Part shown: positions 1 through 7,097 of the stretch, piece by piece | Layout: every line of letters begins with the position of its first letter | How positions within the stretch are numbered: position 1 is the first letter of the stretch | NCBI GenBank assembly: GCA_964536865.1 | Contig: CAZHYN010000012.1 | Coordinates: 1-32,000, forward strand | Direction: 5' to 3' | Origin: an uncultured Planctomycetia bacterium | GTDB lineage: Bacteria > Omnitrophota > Gorgyraeia > Duberdicusellales > 4484-171 | Length of the DNA stretch: 32,000 nucleotides | Made by a program: the position numbers and the translations under genes | The notes under the pieces: generated by a model | Seen by the model: the letters and a program-made list of their open reading frames with translations, nothing else | The model's database searches: none | Told to the model about the DNA's origin: nothing

Positions 1-38
1 CTCATAAGCGGGTCCGCCTTTGGCGGAAACTACGGCCC
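1..38. repeat. Direct repeat copy A (ctcataagcgggtccgcctttggcggaaactacggccc)
   Basis: 35/38 identical to 187-224. It may extend left of the window. Confidence 0.9.
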
Positions 39-186
39 TGTCGCTTACGCTCCTCATAGGGGCTCTGCCCCTCTGACGCAAGCCTATAAGTAAATCCGAG
101 GTAGTTAAACACGGCTTGCTGTCACCCCTAGAGTATGACCAAAGAAGAAATTTATTTATTTTTAAATGGCCCATCAAGGATCGCCC

Positions 187-224
187 CTCATAAGTGGGTC
201 CGCCTTTAGCGGAAACTATGGCCC
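187..224. repeat. Direct repeat copy B (ctcataagtgggtccgcctttagcggaaactatggccc)
   Basis: 35/38 identical to 1-38. The three differences (positions 195, 208, 219) are all transitions. Confidence 0.9.
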
Positions 225-246
225 CATTCATCTATTTAGCTTTTAT

Positions 247-280
247 TTTAAAGAGATAGCCTCTCTTTAAAGTTTCTTTT
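247..280. terminator. Perfect 10-bp stem hairpin (TTTAAAGAGA / TCTCTTTAAA, loop tagcc), candidate intrinsic terminator
   Basis: Stem 247-256 pairs with 262-271. On the plus strand it is followed by gtttctttt (T-rich). On the minus strand it is followed by aataaaag (no U-run). It therefore looks better suited to stopping a plus-strand transcript from the left element than the minus-strand pilin operon, though it lies 45 nt past the last pilin stop. Confidence 0.5.
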
Positions 281-324
281 CCAAGGACTATTAAAATTAT
301 ATATTAACAACGAAACAGGTCAAG

Positions 325-915
325 TCAATTCGCTGAGTGGACTAAGGAAAGAAAATTGATAGAGGAGGTAATACTTGTCTGGGGATTATTAGCATAATCC
401 ACCTGGGTATCGCTAGGAGTATAACGGAGAACGAAATTATTTACACTAACACGACTGCCTGATACACTAAAGTCGAAACTGACTACTCGTGATGAAAGAA
501 CCTCTCTACTATTAAGAGGGAGACTATTTCTATTTTGGCGTGGAGGCCAAAAAGCTAAGGTATAACTATCAGGGCCTGATGAGGTCGTATAGTAAGCATA
601 GGTAGCCCATAAATCATCGGTGTAATCCTCAGGTGTTCTTAAAACATCTTGCCTTAGATGAAGAAGAACACGGCCAAAAGTGCTACTTTGGTCCACCTTT
701 ACAATACCAGGATTACTTATATCTCCTACTGCTTGATTTATATTCTTAGAAAGGTGTTCTAAAATGAAGTTAAGCTCATTTATTATCTGAGACTTTCTTT
801 CACTAGATTTTAAAAAGTAACGACTAGCCACATCAAAGGCAGTCACTCCTAAGATAATGACTACTAACAAAGAGATTCCAATAATAAGTTCTAATAAGGT
901 TATACTCTTTCTCAA
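325..915 (-). CDS. Prepilin-type N-terminal domain protein (minor pilin/pseudopilin), 196 aa, apparent TTG start
   Basis: N-terminus RKSITLLELIIGISLLVVIILGV has the class III signal shape (hydrophobic helix, Glu at +5). The first codon is TTG, directly after the TAA of the upstream gene, and there is no nearby ATG. Confidence 0.75.
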   Translation of the reverse strand: MRKSITLLELIIGISLLVVIILGVTAFDVASRYFLKSSERKSQIINELNFILEHLSKNINQAVGDISNPGIVKVDQSSTFGRVLLHLRQDVLRTPEDYTDDLWATYAYYTTSSGPDSYTLAFWPPRQNRNSLPLNSREVLSSRVVSFDFSVSGSRVSVNNFVLRYTPSDTQVDYANNPQTSITSSINFLSLVHSAN

Positions 916-1266
916 TTAATCTTTGGGATACTGAATAGTAATAACAACCCGACGATGAGGATACACTTTTCCGGAAACGGAAACAGGACTCACTGTGTAA
1001 TTACCTGTATAGTTAACTCCCTCAATAGTGACACCAGACAGGGTATGTGTACCCACACTTAAATCTCCACTTTCCCATGTATCTTCTCTTACTGCCTGGT
1101 AAAGTTCGTTTAACTTACCCCTTGCTAAGTTAAAAGCAATTAATCTCTTATTAGAGTGAGATACATATTTTTTAGCAGCAACAAAAGCAGAAATTAAGCC
1201 TGCTAAAATTAGAGAAAGAATAACTGCCCCCACTAAAACTTCTGTAAGAGTAAAAAATCTCTTCAT
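916..1266 (-). CDS. Prepilin-type N-terminal domain protein (minor pilin/pseudopilin), 116 aa
   Basis: MKRFFTLTEVLVGAVILSLILAGL. I prefer the ATG at 1266, which overlaps the upstream TGA (TGATG), over the TTG at 1275 used in the ORF track. Confidence 0.75.
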   Translation of the reverse strand: MKRFFTLTEVLVGAVILSLILAGLISAFVAAKKYVSHSNKRLIAFNLARGKLNELYQAVREDTWESGDLSVGTHTLSGVTIEGVNYTGNYTVSPVSVSGKVYPHRRVVITIQYPKD

Positions 1267-1637
1267 CAAGGACAACTACTCTTTACAGGATTATCCTGGT
1301 TCTCTCTTATGCTCCAACTACCAAGACTCTCAGTAGAATCAGCCTGAGCACAGAAGGTAGAAGAAGTAGCTGAAGGTACAGAGTAACCCCAATTTTGAGA
1401 GGGAAGATCTAACCTTAAGATGGTATTACATTGTGTGGTATCATTACAACCTATATAGGTATTATATTCTAAGCGATAAATCTTTTCTGCCTCTCTAATC
1501 AATCGGAGCATTGCTCCTGCTTCCCTCTCTTTTGCTCTCTCAACTGTCTTTCGGTATAAAGGAGTAGCCAAGGTAGCAAGGATAATCACTATTATCACTA
1601 CCACCATAATCTCTATGAGAGTCACTCCTTTTCTCAT
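1266..1637 (-). CDS. Type IV pilin / pseudopilin, 123 aa
   Basis: MRKG-VTLIEIMVVVIIVIILATLATPLY is a canonical G(-1) and E(+5) prepilin leader followed by a hydrophobic helix. Several Cys in the C-terminal half. Confidence 0.85.
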   Translation of the reverse strand: MRKGVTLIEIMVVVIIVIILATLATPLYRKTVERAKEREAGAMLRLIREAEKIYRLEYNTYIGCNDTTQCNTILRLDLPSQNWGYSVPSATSSTFCAQADSTESLGSWSIRENQDNPVKSSCP

Positions 1638-1663
1638 CCACTAAATTGTTTAAATATTTAAAA

Positions 1664-2068
1664 CTAAAATCCTAATTTTGTACAAGTCCCTGTTGCGCCA
1701 CCACTACAGCTGATATTTCCTGTATCATAATTAATAGTAAGTTTGTAATTACCAATGGAGGCCCCTGCACCTTTACGAGTCATAGAAGCTTGACCAGAAG
1801 TGCTAACATCAGGGGCTTTAAAGAACTTGTAATCACCATCGTTTGAAGAAACATCCACATCCAAATCACTTAAACTAGTGGTGTAGTTAGCTGAATGCTC
1901 AGCATAATACCTTAGTTGTGCACTCCTTATAATACCTAAAACGTTTACTGCCTCTGAAGCTCTGGCTCTTTCTGCTACTCTAAAAAATTGGGGAACAGCT
2001 ATTATAGCTAAAATAGCGATAATCATAACAACGGTTAGAAGCTCCAGCAATGTAAACCCTTTACGCAT
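1664..2068 (-). CDS. Type IV pilin, likely the major subunit, 134 aa
   Basis: MRKG-FTLLELLTVVMIIAILAIIAVPQF is a canonical prepilin leader. C-terminal Cys pair CSGGATGTC (disulfide loop). First gene after a good promoter and a strong SD (AAAGGAGGT). Confidence 0.85.
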   Translation of the reverse strand: MRKGFTLLELLTVVMIIAILAIIAVPQFFRVAERARASEAVNVLGIIRSAQLRYYAEHSANYTTSLSDLDVDVSSNDGDYKFFKAPDVSTSGQASMTRKGAGASIGNYKLTINYDTGNISCSGGATGTCTKLGF

Positions 2069-2092
2069 AGTACCTCCTTTCTTTACATCTAA

Positions 2093-2121
2093 AGTTTAAT
2101 ACATTTTTTTTCTTTTGTCAA
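2093..2121 (-). promoter_or_regulatory. Sigma70-type promoter for the pilin operon
   Basis: Minus strand reads TTGACA (2121-2116), a 17-nt spacer, then TAAACT (2098-2093). SD AAAGGAGGT at 2080-2072, ATG at 2068. Confidence 0.55.
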
Positions 2122-2461
2122 ACCTTTCCCTGAAGTGGACCGCGTCCTCAAAATTAATATAATATCAGTTCCTTCTTAACTCCCTAAAGATGTATCGCCC
2201 CCATCTGTCAAACAAGAATCTGTTGAGTCTCTAATTCTTTCACTTCCAACTATCTGTAAGCTTTATTGATGAATCCCAGAATTTCTATAAATTCAGAGTA
2301 TATGAGTGATTAAGTATTCTAAACTACTTACCTTCTTTTTAGGACTTTTTTTCTGTGTTTTATCTTTTGCTTCCTTCCTTTTTATTAATCATTATACAAC
2401 AATCTTTAGGAATTTCTTATAGGGGAGCGGTGTACCATGTAACAAAAATTATCTTCATCTT

Positions 2462-4780
2462 TTAAAAGAAGAAAATATACTTTCTAAAAAAAACCAAACA
2501 GTACTTTTTCAAAAAAGTAATCAAATTGTGTTTTTTTATAAATCCTTTTAAAAAATTATTATAATATTTTACAAATATGACAACTTCTTCCAATTTTATT
2601 TCCCTGTTACTATAATTTGCTTCCATAAATTTATTAGTTATCTTTAAAAAAACATTCTTTATGCCTGTCTTTTCCTCAATAAAAGTAACATACTCTAAGA
2701 GAGGCTGATTAGCATAGGCAAATCCAAAAAATCCCAAAATTTTTCTTAAGTTATCATAAAGCTCAATTATAAAATCTCGGGGAGAAAACTGCATTTTCCT
2801 CTTTAACTGGTAGTATTTAATTTTCTGACAAAAAAAGAAATAAAGAAAAGAAAAAATAAAAAAAATCAATAAAATTAAAATTATTATTTTTATAAGATAC
2901 ATTAAAGAAGGTAAGACTTTTATCTCTATTGTCGGAGATTTTATTCCTTTATATTCACAATATATAGATGCCCTCCCCCACCTAACTCCTTCAATAATAT
3001 TTTCCTTCCCTCTTATAACCTTGGAATTACTTATATAAAATTTCACCTCAGAGGTAACGTCTTTAAAGACGAAATCGGAATAATAGGCTTTTGCTTTCAG
3101 TTTTGCTGAATCACCCATTTTTATTTTTGATTTATCAACACTTAACACTAAATATTTTATTATGGGAGATACTACTTTTATTTTACAAAAATTGCTCTTT
3201 TTTCCTAAAAAATAAGCATAAACTGTTGTTTCTCCTTCAGAGATAGCCCTCACCCAGCCATCTTTTATTCTGGCAACATCATTATTTGAAGATATCCAAT
3301 CCACCGAAGAAGTAACATCTTTGGAATAAGTAGAGAAAGCTGCTACTGCCTTTAATCTTCTCTTTTTCCCTTTCATAATTTCTACTAATGAAGGAAAAAC
3401 TTGAAGAGAAATTAACCTCGCCTCCTTCTGTTTTTCATCTCCTTCTAACTTATTCTCTTTTACTAATCTCGAGTAGATTTTTGTTAAATCTTTAACTTTC
3501 TCTATAATTTTTCTTCCTTCACCAAAATTTCTATAACCTTCTAATATTTCTAACTCATTTCTTATCCCTTCAACTTCCTCCCCTGACTTCCTTTTTTCAA
3601 TATCTTTAACAAAAGATAAAACTTTTTCTTCAAAACTATCCTTTTCTTCTTTAAACATTTTTTCCAATTCCTCTATCTTCCCAAGATAAATTTCTAATAT
3701 TCTCCATCTCTCCAATTCATCAGAAAGTTCTGTAACCTTTCGTGTTTTTTTACTTTCTTCCATTGTCTCTTTAATATGTTTTTTTGCTCTCTCTATTTTT
3801 TCTACACTTCTACTATTTAACATAATAATTGTGCTTTTAAAAAGTTCTATCTTCTTTTTTAAAGGCAAATCTTTTGAGTTACCTATAATTTCTCGCACAA
3901 TTTTTTTAAGCGTTTTCTTTATCTTACTTTTCATAAATTCCCTAAGAATTACTATTGATTCGCTTTCTCCTTCTAATCCTACTCCTTCTCTTCTCAAATA
4001 ATCTATAAGTCCTAAATAAGCCTTGAGAACTTCCAAAAAGGATGGAGGTTCTTTAGCTAATTGAGAGAAAAGGAAAAGATTATGAGTTTTTTCTTGAGAA
4101 TTTCCTGGAGAAGGAGCCTTAACTGCCTGAAAAAGTTTATCTAAAAGATAGAAATATCTCTCTTCTTCGCCAAACCTTTCTGTCTCTAAGGATAAAAAGC
4201 TAAAAAACTCTATTTCACCTTTTTTAGGTGTTTTTACAATTAAAGTTTTTGCCAAAAAGAAGCTTAAAATAAACAAAACCATAGTGATTGAGAGATTTCT
4301 GCCCAGAATTTTCATTTTTTTTATTTCAAAACAACGGGTGACTACCATTATCATCCCCACAAGAAGATAAAAAAATGCTAAAAACATAAATTTTTTTTCG
4401 GAAATAAACAAACATGAGAAAAGAAAAAGCTGAAAAGAAAAAAATTGAATAAAACTTAAAAATTTATAAAAATAAACTTTAAAACTTAACAAAGCAATAA
4501 ATGCAGCTAATCCTTTTATAAAGATAACAACAATTTCTTTATATAAAAGAGAGGAATTGAGAATTGAATAAATCATAAAGATTACTATTGCCACCGCACC
4601 TATATCTACTGCATAATTTATTCCTACAATTTTTCTCTCTTTCATATACCAACTAAAAAACCATCCACATACACAGAGTATGATTAAAAAAGGTGTAGAT
4701 TTATTTAAAATTTGGAAATTAAGAAGAAAAGATAATATAACAAAAAACAATGTACTCCAAAAATGCAATTTATTTCTCAT
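2462..4780 (-). CDS. Large membrane protein, 772 aa: N-terminal multi-pass domain, long Cys-free charged helical region, two Big_2 (bacterial Ig-like) domains, a TM helix, and a DUF4129-like C-terminal domain
   Basis: Hydrophobic N-terminal ~190 aa. Big_2-like segments VTSSVDWISSNNDVARIKDGWVRAISEGETTVYAYF and VTSEVKFYISNSKVIRGKENIIEGVRWGRASIYCEY. TM helix LMYLIKIIILILLIFFIFSFLYFFF. C-terminus SPRDFIIELYDNLRKILGFFGF..PLLEYV..FMEANYSNREI fits the DUF4129 pattern. Its ATG overlaps the DUF58 stop (ATGA). Confidence 0.7.
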   Translation of the reverse strand: MRNKLHFWSTLFFVILSFLLNFQILNKSTPFLIILCVCGWFFSWYMKERKIVGINYAVDIGAVAIVIFMIYSILNSSLLYKEIVVIFIKGLAAFIALLSFKVYFYKFLSFIQFFSFQLFLFSCLFISEKKFMFLAFFYLLVGMIMVVTRCFEIKKMKILGRNLSITMVLFILSFFLAKTLIVKTPKKGEIEFFSFLSLETERFGEEERYFYLLDKLFQAVKAPSPGNSQEKTHNLFLFSQLAKEPPSFLEVLKAYLGLIDYLRREGVGLEGESESIVILREFMKSKIKKTLKKIVREIIGNSKDLPLKKKIELFKSTIIMLNSRSVEKIERAKKHIKETMEESKKTRKVTELSDELERWRILEIYLGKIEELEKMFKEEKDSFEEKVLSFVKDIEKRKSGEEVEGIRNELEILEGYRNFGEGRKIIEKVKDLTKIYSRLVKENKLEGDEKQKEARLISLQVFPSLVEIMKGKKRRLKAVAAFSTYSKDVTSSVDWISSNNDVARIKDGWVRAISEGETTVYAYFLGKKSNFCKIKVVSPIIKYLVLSVDKSKIKMGDSAKLKAKAYYSDFVFKDVTSEVKFYISNSKVIRGKENIIEGVRWGRASIYCEYKGIKSPTIEIKVLPSLMYLIKIIILILLIFFIFSFLYFFFCQKIKYYQLKRKMQFSPRDFIIELYDNLRKILGFFGFAYANQPLLEYVTFIEEKTGIKNVFLKITNKFMEANYSNREIKLEEVVIFVKYYNNFLKGFIKKHNLITFLKKYCLVFFRKYIFFF

Positions 4781-6006
4781 ATTTTAGAAAATAAATTATG
4801 TAAATTATCGTTGGATGATATAAAAAAATATTTGGCTTTTAATGAAATCTTTAAATCTCCAACTTTAGATGGTTGTGGAGGAGATAAAAACGTAGAGGAA
4901 AGCAAAATGATAAAAATAAAAGAGATATTGTATTTCGAAAAAGAAAAAATCTTCTTTAATTCAGAAATATTCTCCTCTGTTGTTAGGATAAAAAGATTAG
5001 TATTAGAAGTAATCAAAGAGCTCGCTGCATCCCAAAATTCTCCTATTTTTATTCTACTCTCTATTCCCGTAGAAGCATAAAACTTCATTAACCCCTCAAG
5101 ATGATAAAAACCCTTATTAGGAGGAAAATGGAAAAATCTTCCTGTGTGAGCGATCACCTCTGTACTCACATTTCTTTCGATAAAATATTTTGATAAAGAG
5201 GCGGCTATCTTTATTATGAATTCTCCTGTACTTTTTTTACCTACTCCAATATTTTCATCTTTATTTAGAACAAACATAATACTCACTTTATAGAAACTGA
5301 AACGTTCGAATTCTTTTACAATTAATTTATTTTTTCTTGCTGTAGAAAGCCAATGAATTCTTCTTATAGGATCGCCTTGTTTATATTCTCTTACTCCAAA
5401 AAATTCATCTTCGTCACCACTTACTCTTCTTGTCTCTATCCCCCACCAGGGAAGATTGCTTCGCATCAAAGGTGGAAAGCTGTCAATATCAAAAATCTCA
5501 GGATATACATAAACAACAGAAAAAATATTGTATATTCTGGAGAAAGAAAAAAATCCTAAGGTATCTCTGATGTCTAAAATAACTGGACCTAATTTGTATT
5601 TACCTCGTTTATCACAATCTAAAATATAACTTATCTTAAACAAACCCCTGTGGAAAATATGAATAATCTCAGAATGTTCTATGTTAGAAGCTGACTTTTC
5701 TATATTTTCCCGAATACATAAATTAATGAAGAGAAAACTGCTCTTGTTATTTAAAGTTATATTTACAGAAAGTTTTTCTCCTTCAATTGCTTTTTCTTTT
5801 ACATTCCTTCGTATTTTAATTTTTCTACTCTCCAGTATCTCTATTAACCATAGATTAAAATCAACAACTTCCAGAATAATTAAAAATTTAAAAAGAAAAA
5901 AGAAGAAAGATATACCTAACTTGATAAATAAAGCTAAAAGATAAATAATAATTACATTAAAAATGACGAAGAAAGGAGTGATCCTAAATTTTTTAGAAAG
6001 AAACAT
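4777..6006 (-). CDS. DUF58 domain protein (vWA-like partner of MoxR), 409 aa
   Basis: Hallmark DUF58 motif VREYKQGDPIRRIHWLSTARKNKLIVKEF. N-terminal TM helices. Sits directly downstream of MoxR. Confidence 0.85.
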   Translation of the reverse strand: MFLSKKFRITPFFVIFNVIIIYLLALFIKLGISFFFFLFKFLIILEVVDFNLWLIEILESRKIKIRRNVKEKAIEGEKLSVNITLNNKSSFLFINLCIRENIEKSASNIEHSEIIHIFHRGLFKISYILDCDKRGKYKLGPVILDIRDTLGFFSFSRIYNIFSVVYVYPEIFDIDSFPPLMRSNLPWWGIETRRVSGDEDEFFGVREYKQGDPIRRIHWLSTARKNKLIVKEFERFSFYKVSIMFVLNKDENIGVGKKSTGEFIIKIAASLSKYFIERNVSTEVIAHTGRFFHFPPNKGFYHLEGLMKFYASTGIESRIKIGEFWDAASSLITSNTNLFILTTEENISELKKIFSFSKYNISFIFIILLSSTFLSPPQPSKVGDLKISLKAKYFFISSNDNLHNLFSKI

Positions 6007-6014
6007 AAAGAAAT

Positions 6015-6941
6015 TTAAGGAATAGGGACACGCTCAAGAAGTTTCTTTATTATTGAATCTATATCTGCTTCTCTTTCGGTATAGCCCTGAAAAATCAATC
6101 GATGCCTTAATACATAATAAGAAAGCTTTATCACATCATCAGGAATAACATAATCTCTATTCTCCAAAAGTGCCCATGCGCATGATACTCGCATAAGAGC
6201 AATGGAAGCTCGCGGAGAAGCACCCAATTTTATTTCTTCAATAGTCCGCGTAGAAGAGACTAATCTTACAATGTATTTTATAACTTTAGGAGAAATCTCT
6301 ATATTCCTTGCTATATTTTGTAAATTTAATATCTCCTCTAAATCCATCACTGCCTCTACTGTTTCAATGGGATGTTTTATTTTCTGACTGAATAATATTT
6401 CTTCTTCGTCTTCACAAGAAACATATCCCATATTTATCTTCATCAAAAACCTATCTATCTGCGCCTCTGCTAAGGGATATGTCCCTTGATATTCAACAGG
6501 ATTTTGTGTAGCAATTACCATAAAGAGTCTGGGGAGAGAAAAAATATGTCCATCGATACTTACTTTACCTTCTTGCATACACTCAAGAAGGGCAGACTGA
6601 GTACGAGGAGTGGTTCTATTTATCTCATCTGCTAAAAGGATATTTGTAAATACCGGTCCCTCTCTAAATTCAAACTCTTGTGTTTTTTGATTGTATATAA
6701 ACCCTCCCGTAACATCAGAAGGTAAAAGGTCGGGAGTAAATTGGATTCTTTTAAACTTAGCATTTATTGATTTGGCTAACGCTAAAGCCAACATCGTTTT
6801 ACCTACTCCAGGAACATCTTCAATTAATATATGGCCACCAGCAATAAGACCGGCAACTAACAACCTTATATTTTCTCTCTTTCCTATAATAACCTTCTCT
6901 ATATTCTCCAATAGCCTCCTTATCTTTTCTCTTTCTTTCAT
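6015..6941 (-). CDS. moxR: MoxR-family AAA+ ATPase, 308 aa
   Basis: Walker A EDVPGVGKTMLA, Walker B LLADEINRTTPRTQSALLECMQE, then IATQNPVEYQGTYPLAEAQIDRF. Confidence 0.9.
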   Translation of the reverse strand: MKEREKIRRLLENIEKVIIGKRENIRLLVAGLIAGGHILIEDVPGVGKTMLALALAKSINAKFKRIQFTPDLLPSDVTGGFIYNQKTQEFEFREGPVFTNILLADEINRTTPRTQSALLECMQEGKVSIDGHIFSLPRLFMVIATQNPVEYQGTYPLAEAQIDRFLMKINMGYVSCEDEEEILFSQKIKHPIETVEAVMDLEEILNLQNIARNIEISPKVIKYIVRLVSSTRTIEEIKLGASPRASIALMRVSCAWALLENRDYVIPDDVIKLSYYVLRHRLIFQGYTEREADIDSIIKKLLERVPIP

Positions 6942-6949
6942 ATTTCAGG

Positions 6950-6978
6950 ATTATACATTATTCTTTACAGAAAAACAA
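6950..6978 (-). promoter_or_regulatory. Candidate sigma70 promoter placed to give a leaderless or near-leaderless moxR mRNA
   Basis: Minus strand reads TTGTTT (6978-6973), a 17-nt spacer, then a perfect TATAAT (6955-6950). Only 8 nt (cctgaaat) separate the -10 box from the ATG at 6941, and there is no SD. Confidence 0.4.
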
Positions 6979-7097
6979 GCAAAACCTCTGATGGGTTCTG
7001 TCAATAAAAGTGTGCAGAGAGTTCTGAAAAATTAGCCAGGTCCAATTTTTAACTTCCTCTTTGCGTAAGGAGATATACTTTATCTTATTTTCTGCTC

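Larger units (their letters stand above)
1..235. other. GC-rich structured non-coding element, function unknown (candidate ncRNA or miniature IS200/IS605-like element); truncated by the window edge
   Basis: No ORF in the six-frame track. Clearly more GC-rich than its surroundings. Contains two direct 38-nt repeat copies, each with a CCGCC-N3-GGCGG hairpin. Further hairpins: AGGGGC/GCCCCT at 58-72 and GCAAGCC/GGCTTGC at 78-84 with 113-119. Confidence 0.35.

Noticed and set aside
1-224. CRISPR array, or a DGR template/variable repeat pair, as an explanation for the two 38-nt repeats.
   Set aside because: There are only two copies, with a ~148-nt structured spacer, so the geometry is not CRISPR-like. 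The three mismatches are plain transitions on mixed strands rather than adenine-specific. Neither copy lies in a coding region, and no reverse transcriptase is in view.
183-235. Possible RNase P RNA 3' end on the minus strand. It reads UAGAUGAAUG....GGCGGACCCACUUAUGAG, which resembles the E. coli M1 RNA segment UAGAUGAAUG...ACAGAACCCGGCUUAU.
   Set aside because: There is no room for a 300+ nt RNase P gene upstream, because a terminator hairpin and a well-supported pilin CDS begin at 247 and 325. No GAGGAAAGUCC P4 5' strand is present anywhere nearby. The universally conserved ACAGAA is missing, and the module occurs twice as a direct repeat. Worth a cmsearch, but not callable as rnpB.
2069-2461. 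Sigma54 (-24 TGGCAC / -12 TTGC) promoter upstream of the major pilin, as found in many T4P systems.
   Set aside because: I could find no TGGCAC-N5-TTGC-like element on the minus strand, whereas a well-spaced TTGACA-17-TAAACT sigma70-type promoter is present.
2462-4780. Annotating the 772-aa protein as a transglutaminase (TgpA), based on its position after MoxR-DUF58 and its DUF4129-like tail.
   Set aside because: There is no cysteine in the region where the core would lie and no G-x-C-x-x-F-A-type motif. I call it only by domain architecture.
4763-5080. Plus-strand ORF of 105 aa, and the other plus-strand ORFs in the track (5353-5559, 5681-5944, 6202-6387, 6691-7035, 7525-7707, 8047-8259, 10267-10476, 10834-11076, 13578-13784, 14839-15066, 20156-20359, 21435-21680, 23322-23630, 25926-26147, 28968-29174, 31633-31821).
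   Set aside because: All are antisense to minus-strand genes with clear family motifs. They have low-complexity, AT-codon-driven sequences and no recognisable domains or ribosome-binding sites. They are the expected shadow ORFs of an AT-rich genome.
7021-7097. Intrinsic terminator between pilC and moxR.
   Set aside because: The apparent CTCCTT/AGAGGAAG complementarity does not form a consistent stem when paired base by base, and no U-run follows.
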